A stretch of 64,000 nt of DNA from Camelus ferus (Eukaryota). The stretch is from positions 1,738,001 through 1,802,000 of the forward strand of contig NC_045696.1 of the NCBI RefSeq assembly GCF_009834535.1, given 5' to 3'. The stretch's first letter is position 1, and every line of letters starts with the position of its first letter. This document shows positions 31,061 through 64,000 of the stretch, piece after piece. The position numbers and the translations under genes were made by a program. The notes below the pieces were generated by a model. That model did not search any database. It had not been told where the DNA came from and saw only the letters and a list, made by a program, of their open reading frames with translations.

Positions 31061-34000
31061 CACGATGTCACGTCCTCAGGGAGGCGCTACAGGAAAGGGC
31101 CCCCCTTAGTCTTCCCCCGATTTTTCCTGATACACTAATGAGACAGATATAAAGTGTTATAATAAGCGCTGTGCCCGTTATTCAGGGAAGAGGGACTGCT
31201 TCCATCTGCTGTTCTGTTGTTCATTTTGAACGTTAAGTGCACAGTAAAGGAGCACAGGCTGCTCTTAATTACAGACAAGAGCGTCGTGTCCTGGGCATAA
31301 CTTTGTGACCGCTCTCATCTTACTGTTTTCTGTTTGCTTGTTTGTTTTCCTATAAAACCAATGAATACCTTGGGTACAGTGAAAAATCAACAAAAGAATT
31401 CAACAAAGTAATGTAGTTGCCACCAAAATCTGCAGTGCGGAGGCAGGTGGAGCCACAGACGTTGTGCAGGGTGGGAGGGGCCGGACACTCGGAGCTCACG
31501 CCGTGGCTTCCGTTCTCAGAAAGTTCAAGGACAGGCAACACCCCTGACAGTGGAGGTGGTGATGGGGAAGGGGTGTGAGCGGGCATCTGGGGCAGGCCTG
31601 ATGACCTGGGTGCTGGTCATCAACATGAGTTAAAAACCCACCAAGCTGCTCACATTTCAGATTTGTGCAGGTGCCTGACGCTTTGGGAAAAGAAAACACT
31701 TGTGTTCACAGGTTTCTGTGTGTGTGTGATGGGCACACGGATGGACAGATGGATGGATGGACGGATCTGTTCAGAGTGCTCGTGTGATGTTGTGTGATCC
31801 TCCGGGTCCGTCCAGGTCCAGGGCCTGCCTCACTCGGTGAGGATGTCAGAATCCCCACAGGAGGCGCTGGCTGCCGGCCAGGCCCAGGCTGCAGGGCCCT
31901 GTGAGAGGCCGGCTCACTGTCCACCGCAGGACTCTGAGCCTGAGCTCTCAGAAATGCCAGAAACCGTCTAATGCCATCCTGGCCACGTGGTCTGCCCACT
32001 ACAGCCTCCGTTATAATTGTCGCTGAGCTCTGGGCTGATTATCTCATCCATTTATCCACTCAGAAGCCAGACCTCCTGGCCCCAGGGGTAAAGCAGGACG
32101 CTCTGGCTGGTTAATTGCTTCCCCATCAGGAAGGCTGCGATGGTAGCTAGGTCTGATTGCATCTCCCTGGGGACGGGCGTGGAGGCGCAGAGCCTGCCAC
32201 AGCCACAGGGTGGGGATGAATGAAACATCATGTGTGGCCAGGACGCTGCCCTCCCCACACAAACAGCCCAGGACCCACTCTTCCTCGGGGTGTGGCAGGC
32301 CATCCCAGTGTGTACCGGCCGCCCTGCTCTCCCACCTAGCCCTCCACGGTGTCCAGCTGGACAGAAATCCAGCCCAGACAGAAGCTGCCGGCACTGCCAA
32401 CTGCAGCCAGCTTGTGGGTGGGGGTGGGAGCTGCCCCAAGAGAGGGGACCCAGGGCACCTGACAGCCCGCTCGCTGCCCAGGAACCACAAAGGCAGGACC
32501 GGGCACCCCGAGCTCACCAAAGAGCCTCGCTGGATGGATTGACTTTGGCAGTGTGGGCCAGGCTGAACCTCCCTAATGCTGCCTGCATCCCTGGGTCTCC
32601 TGGAATTCCCAGACCTCTCATCTGATCTTGGAAAGCCAGACTGGAAAACCAGGAAGAACCCCTGGTGCTGGTTCCCTTCGCAGGCTCCCTGGGTGCAGGG
32701 CCTGAGCAGCTGGGGAGGGGGGGGGCTGTGCCCAGCCCCTGCATCCTTCCCGAGGCCCCCAGAACCGAACCGCCTGGTGCTTCCGGCTGCAGGATCTGCT
32801 GCAGGAGGGAAGGGCCCGTCCATTCCCCAGGGGAGCAGAGGCTGCCTTCGACTTTCCAGTAGCTGTCCTGGGATTTCCAGGTCAGTCTCCCCTGTGTACC
32901 CCGTCCCCAGCACACACACCTCCACCCTAGAACTCTCACTCTTCCTCCTGTCCTAGTTTTGTGGATTTTTCTGCTTTTTTTCAAGAACTGAGTTCAGAAT
33001 CTGTTCACCATGCCAATTCTTAAATTTTTCCTCTTTCATTAAGTAAGCTCTGACCTCGTCCCTGCCTGAGACCCCAGGTTGATGCTGCAGCTAATTTTTG
33101 AGCTTCTTCAATCATAATCTCAGAGAATTTACTTCCACGCTTTCAATTTTCAAATATGTGCGTTGAAGGTTGTAACTGTGCCTCCAGTGTCTCTCCAGCC
33201 AGGCCTGCCAGGCTGTGACCTGGGCTCCTGTCACTGTCTTGTTCCATCTTGCTCCCCGGGAAGGCGCACGTCTCCAGGGGAGGTGGAGGGCGTGGAGGCG
33301 CCTGCTGGCTCCCTCGGTTTTCCCTAGACAGCGCCAGCCCTGCAGGCCTCGCCCGCCCCGAACCCCGTGCAGTGGGGGCAGCCCTGGGCCTAGCGCATGC
33401 CAGTCTCCAGGATGGTGCCCGCTTCCCCATAGAGGCTCTGCTCTTCCTTCCCAGGAGACGAGATGCTGCGGAGAGGGCAAAGGCCCCCCAGGAAGGACGG
33501 AGGGCAGGGGCTGCGGGCCCCCGCAGGGCCCGGCCCCAGACACCACCTCGGCTCCCTCTGGGGACCAGTCACTCATGGCCCTGGAACCACGAGGCATATT
33601 TCCCGTCCTCTTCCGGCGCACGGCCGCGTTCTAACTGGGCTCTTCCGTGATGGAGCTGCCCCGGAAGGCGGCTGGGGTCCCCCTGGTGGGCTGTGCATGG
33701 ACTTCTGTGAACCTTCCGTGTCTGAGAACCCCGCGCCCCTCTGGGCCTGCTTGCTGCTGTTGTCTGGAGCGGGGGACAGAGCCACACACACGCAGGAAGT
33801 GTGCGCATATGTGTGCGTACTCCACGTGACTGGTTATACAACTGAAAATATGTGCTCTGTCGTACACCTAAATTAAAATACTGCGCGTAACTTGCATACA
33901 CACACTTACGTGTAAGTTACACGTAACTCGTAAGTGCACTAGATGACGCATATCTGCGCACAAGGCGCCCCTAGCACTTCGGCGCGCGCCACAGCGCCAC

Positions 34001-34377
34001 CTCTACCCTGCTGATCACATCCCTCAGATCCTGCCCTCGTTCTCTTTTGCTTCTTGATTCCTTGATTTCTGAGAGAAAAATCTCAAATATTACTGCGAAT
34101 TTACCTACGTCCCCGCGACTTCCTGTCCAATTTGCGCTACATACTTAAAAAGCTATGGTGTCAGATGAACAGCAGGTCCTCAAAGTGCTCCCTTCTTAAC
34201 GGATTTGTACCTTTTCCCAATCAAATACCCCCGTTGCCCTTAAAACTAGAGCCCTGGGTTCCAACGTCCGCTGGAACGGCTCCACACCCTCCCCTTGGAG
34301 AGCATCTGCCCTAGGGCTTCCCCATGTTGTCAGCTAGTCCGTGTCTCTTCCAGCTGATGCAGGAAAGATACAGGGAT

Positions 34378-34530
34378 GGGGGTGGAGCTCAGGGGCAGAG
34401 TGTGTGCTTAGCATGCATGAGGTCTTGGGTTCAATCCCCAGGCCCTCCGTTAAAAAATAAATAAACCTAAATGCCTCCTCCCATAATAAAAAAGAAAAAT
34501 TTAAAAAAGAAAAACAGGAATTAAAAAAGT
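34378..34530 (+). mobile_element. tRNA-Ala-derived SINE (Vic-1-like)
   Basis: agctcaggggcagagtgtgtgcttagcatgcatgaggtcttgggttcaatcccca + taaataaacctaa + A-rich tail. Confidence 0.85.
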
Positions 34531-34945
34531 AGAGAGAGAAAACAGGAGAAATTTGTTATTTTACCCCAATACGAGACTCATAATTTGTATGTGTCGTAAC
34601 TGCATACGCGTGTTGACTACTTCCTGCCGTTCTACCTCCTATGAAGCATCTTCTAGTGACAGCTTCTCTTCCCTCGATTCGGTGGTGGCTCCGACCCGTC
34701 CCTCTGGCGGTCTGACGCCGCTCCCGTTTCTGTCCTCAGCGGGCACCCTGGGCCTGGGGTGCACTCACAGGCCTCACCGCCTGCATCCTCCTCCCGGCGC
34801 CGGGGATGGTCGGCATCTGTTTCTCCCTCATGAGCAGAGGAACCTTCTCTGCACTTGGACTGGCTGCGCCAGTTCCTCTGCCAACACCCAGGGAGACCAG
34901 CTGGGGGGCTCACTTGAAGCTCTCATTCAACTTTCTTTTTACAGT

Positions 34946-35035
34946 TGGGAGGGTACAGCTCAGTGGCAGAGTGTGTACTTAGCATGCACGAGGTCCTGCG
35001 GTCAATCCCCAGTACTTCCATTTAAAAAATACATT
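34946..35035 (+). mobile_element. tRNA-Ala-derived SINE (Vic-1-like, short)
   Basis: gggagggtacagctcagtggcagag...cttagcatgcacgaggtcctgcggtcaatccccagtacttcca. Confidence 0.8.
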
Positions 35036-35144
35036 AAATTTTTTTCTTCTTACATTACAATACATACACCTCCACAATGGTAGGACTTTGCCACACATCC
35101 TGTTGGTGGTTCCACTGCTTTCACAGAGCTCAGTTGTGTGTGTG

Positions 35145-35523
35145 TGTTATAGACTAAGTGTCTGTGTCCCTCCCCAAAATTCATATATTGAAGCCCCAAC
35201 CCCCAGTGTGACTGTATTTGGAGAGGACCTCTAAGGAAGTAAGGTTAAATGAGGTTGTAAGGGCGGGGCATGGAGTGAGAGGTTTAGTAGCCCTATAAAG
35301 GGAGAAGCAAAACCCCCCTCCCTGCCGAGCACCCCAAGGAAAGGCCACTCGAGGACACAGTGAGAGGCAGCCATCTACAAGGAGAAAGCCAGCCCTCCCC
35401 GAGAAACGCCCCGTGCACACCTTCCCTCCACGTCCAGCCTCCCGATGTTGAGGAAGGGAACGTCTGTTGTTGAAGTTGCCCCGAGTGCAGCATTTTGTTA
35501 CGCAGCCCTAGCTGACTGACACA
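35145..35523 (+). mobile_element. MLT1A/B-type solo LTR
   Basis: tgttatagactaagtgtctgtgtccc...gtgactgtatttggaga...aaggttaaatgagg...ttttgttacgcagccctagctgactgacaca. Confidence 0.8.
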
Positions 35524-35618
35524 GTGTATTTTGCTTTTCTGTAATTCACCTCCGAAAAATTCTTTCAGAAAGGATGTACGGGTAGCACATTTCTTGGTCC
35601 TTACAATTTTAAAATGTC

Positions 35619-35624
35619 TTTATT
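35619..35624 (-). terminator. TRPM2: Candidate TRPM2 polyadenylation signal AATAAA (~1.2 kb 3'UTR)
   Basis: tttatt on + strand; first canonical hexamer I see downstream of the stop at 36828. Confidence 0.65.
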
Positions 35625-36827
35625 TGGTGCTACTACATGAACGCTAGTTTGACTGGATACGTGATTCCCAAAGCTCCACAGTCTCTGAGCACTGTGGGGG
35701 GTGGGGTGCACCGGGGACTGAGGCCCGACTGGGGAGGCCAGAACCTGGGCCTCAGAAAATGGGAAGAGGGAGTCCACGTGTGTGTCTGTGGGGTGGGGGG
35801 TGATCAGAGGAGAAACCGTGAGCCTTGGACCTGAGGGGCTTGGACCTGAGGGGACTGCAGCCTGGACCTCGGCCTGGCAAAAAGGTTTCGGCGGTGCAGA
35901 CATGGCCTGACCACTGCCCACGTGTGCACTGTATCTGAGGGAAGCACAGAGGAGGCTGGCCGGGCTGACATGGGAAAGCGGATTCGACGTTGGGTTTGCA
36001 CACCATTCCTGGCCCCAACAGGCCCTGGTGGTTGATGCTGATGGTCTGTGAGTCACTGATGCTGAACTGGATGGCCTCCCCTCAGGCCACACCCACCGCC
36101 ACCCCTCCCTGGGCTCTTGGGGTGGAAGAGGGAAGAGAGGAGTCTGGGCCATGGGAGGGCCCTGCCACGCTGTGCGTCTGCGCGTCCCCGCCTGGGTCCC
36201 GGGACGGCGCACCGGCAGGGACCTCTGCGTCTCAAGAGAAGGCCCGAGCATGCCGGACCTCCCGGCCCGCTAAGGGCTCACAGCCCGGGGAACTGGGTTC
36301 CCGTGGTGCCCTGCCCTGGGCCAGGTGAGGGTCCGCATTAGGTCACAGTGGAGGGCATCTCGGGGGCGTGGGTCCAAGGAGGGGGCCACAAGGGGATCCT
36401 GGCTCTCCAGGAAATCCAGGCCTTGGGCGATGTACCTCTTGTGGTGGACGCGCTGCCCACGGGACACAGCCAGGAGGGAACTGAGTCCAGGCCGAGGGCC
36501 GAGCAGAATCAGGAGAGGCAGCGTTGGCAGGTAGGGTCCCAGTGGCAATGCCGGGTGGCCGGAGCCAGCTGGTGCCCCACTTGGCTCTCCTCTCAGGGCA
36601 CCCCAATGCCTTCCAGTTCACAAGCTGGTCACCCGAGCTGGCCGTGAGGGCGGCAGATCCCCAAACCACACCGCACGGCGTCCCCGCAGCGCCCTCGCCT
36701 GCCTGAGGTCCAGGGCTGCGTGTGCCTCAGTGGCCGGTGTTGGCCTCTGTCCCCTGCAGTCTCCAAGGGGGCCATGGCTGGAAGAGCCCCGCCTGCCTGG
36801 CCGAGCTGCCCGGCCTGCGTCCCCAGG

Positions 36828-63024
<26,197 letters not shown>

Positions 63025-63499
63025 CTGCAGGCAAAGCACATGCATTGGGGACTTCGATCTGGGTCTCAAAGCCACTTCCTGTCAGCACCCCGGCCATCTA
63101 ACAAAGTCACAGGGGGAGGGGTGTGTCACCAACCCCAGTCTCTATCATTTTCATTGAATAGATATGGTGCTCAGTCATAAAACCCCCCAGCCCCACCCGA
63201 CACACACACCTGTATGAAAGCATGTTCCTCTCGGTGGTGGAATCAGAGAATCTGGTTTTCCACCATCACCCCCACACCCCTCAAACCCGCGCCCCACCTC
63301 CACCCTCCGGTCAAGCCCCTCCATCCTAAGTTTAAAGCAGACGGGGTCTCTGAAAGGCAGGCATCTTAACATTAACATCAAAAGTTAGACTCCAAAAGCC
63401 ATCACATTTGCTTTCTCGCCTTGATTGTAAAACCACCACCTCACCCAGTTCTCAGCGCAAGTATTTGTCCAACTAGTTTCTGCTCTTTCTGGAGTAACA

Positions 63500-64000
63500 T
63501 TTTAACTCATGGGTTGTTATTTGGGGAGGAAGAAAATAGAACTTTGACACTGACTTCACACCACACACAAAAATTAATCTGAAGTGAATCACAGCCCTCA
63601 ACACAAAAGCTGTGCCCACAGAGCTTCCACAACGAAACAAAAATACACGTGCAGCCGCGGGGAAGGCAAAGATTTCCTGGGATGCAGAGAACAGGAACCA
63701 TACAGGAAAAAATTGGTACATTAAAATGCATTAAAGTTTAAGCTGCCTGCTCTTCAAAGGCACCTTGAAGGACGTACAAAAGCAGACCACGCACCAGGAG
63801 AAAATGTCCTCAGCTTGTACACCCGATACAGGCTTTGTGTGAGAACAAGACAGGAGCGCTTACAGCTCAAACACGAGAAGACGAACAACCAAAGACACAC
63901 GGACGGAAGATCTGCAGACACGTCACCGAGAGTCTACACTGATGGCCAAGAAGCCCAGGGAGGCGCAAACCCAAACAACTCCGAGGTCTCGTCCCGCACC
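63500..64000 (+). mobile_element. Degraded L1 ORF2 3' fragment
   Basis: cttcacaccacacacaaaaattaatctgaagtgaatcacagccct...aggcaaagatttcctgga. Confidence 0.7.

Noticed and set aside
32044..32925. 293-aa minus-strand ORF between TRPM2 and LRRC3
   Set aside because: No domain-like composition or splice context; expected by chance in GC-rich DNA.

Overview
Mammalian genomic DNA, GC-rich and subtelomere-like. It is most likely from a camelid (camel/alpaca), inferred from several tRNA-Ala-derived Vic-1-like SINEs. The window is orthologous to human 21q22.3 read in reverse orientation. It contains the last three coding exons of TSPEAR (+, 4862-10451), the complete two-exon LRRC3 gene (-, CDS 23858-24631, CpG-island/GC-box promoter at ~25.3-26.3 kb), and 23 exons of TRPM2 (-, 63024-36828; exons 10-32 by human numbering). 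The TRPM2 exons all have GT-AG boundaries and consistent phases, and total 3170 coding nt ending in TAA. The rest is intron/intergenic DNA with L1, MaLR LTR, MER53, Tigger1, SINE and simple repeats. Nearly all other ORFs in the track are GC-rich or antisense artefacts. I found no evidence of a new gene or a wholly new system. The best second-look items are: three clustered upstream ATGs covering all frames in the LRRC3 5'UTR; apparent loss of the sequence routes to the human TRPM2-S and TRPM2-deltaN isoforms; mouse-like pore residues in TRPM2; localized AT-to-GC conversion of old repeats into CpG-rich patches; and intragenic GC-box clusters that may drive antisense transcripts. Comparisons to human/mouse proteins and repeat consensuses are from memory and need alignment to confirm.
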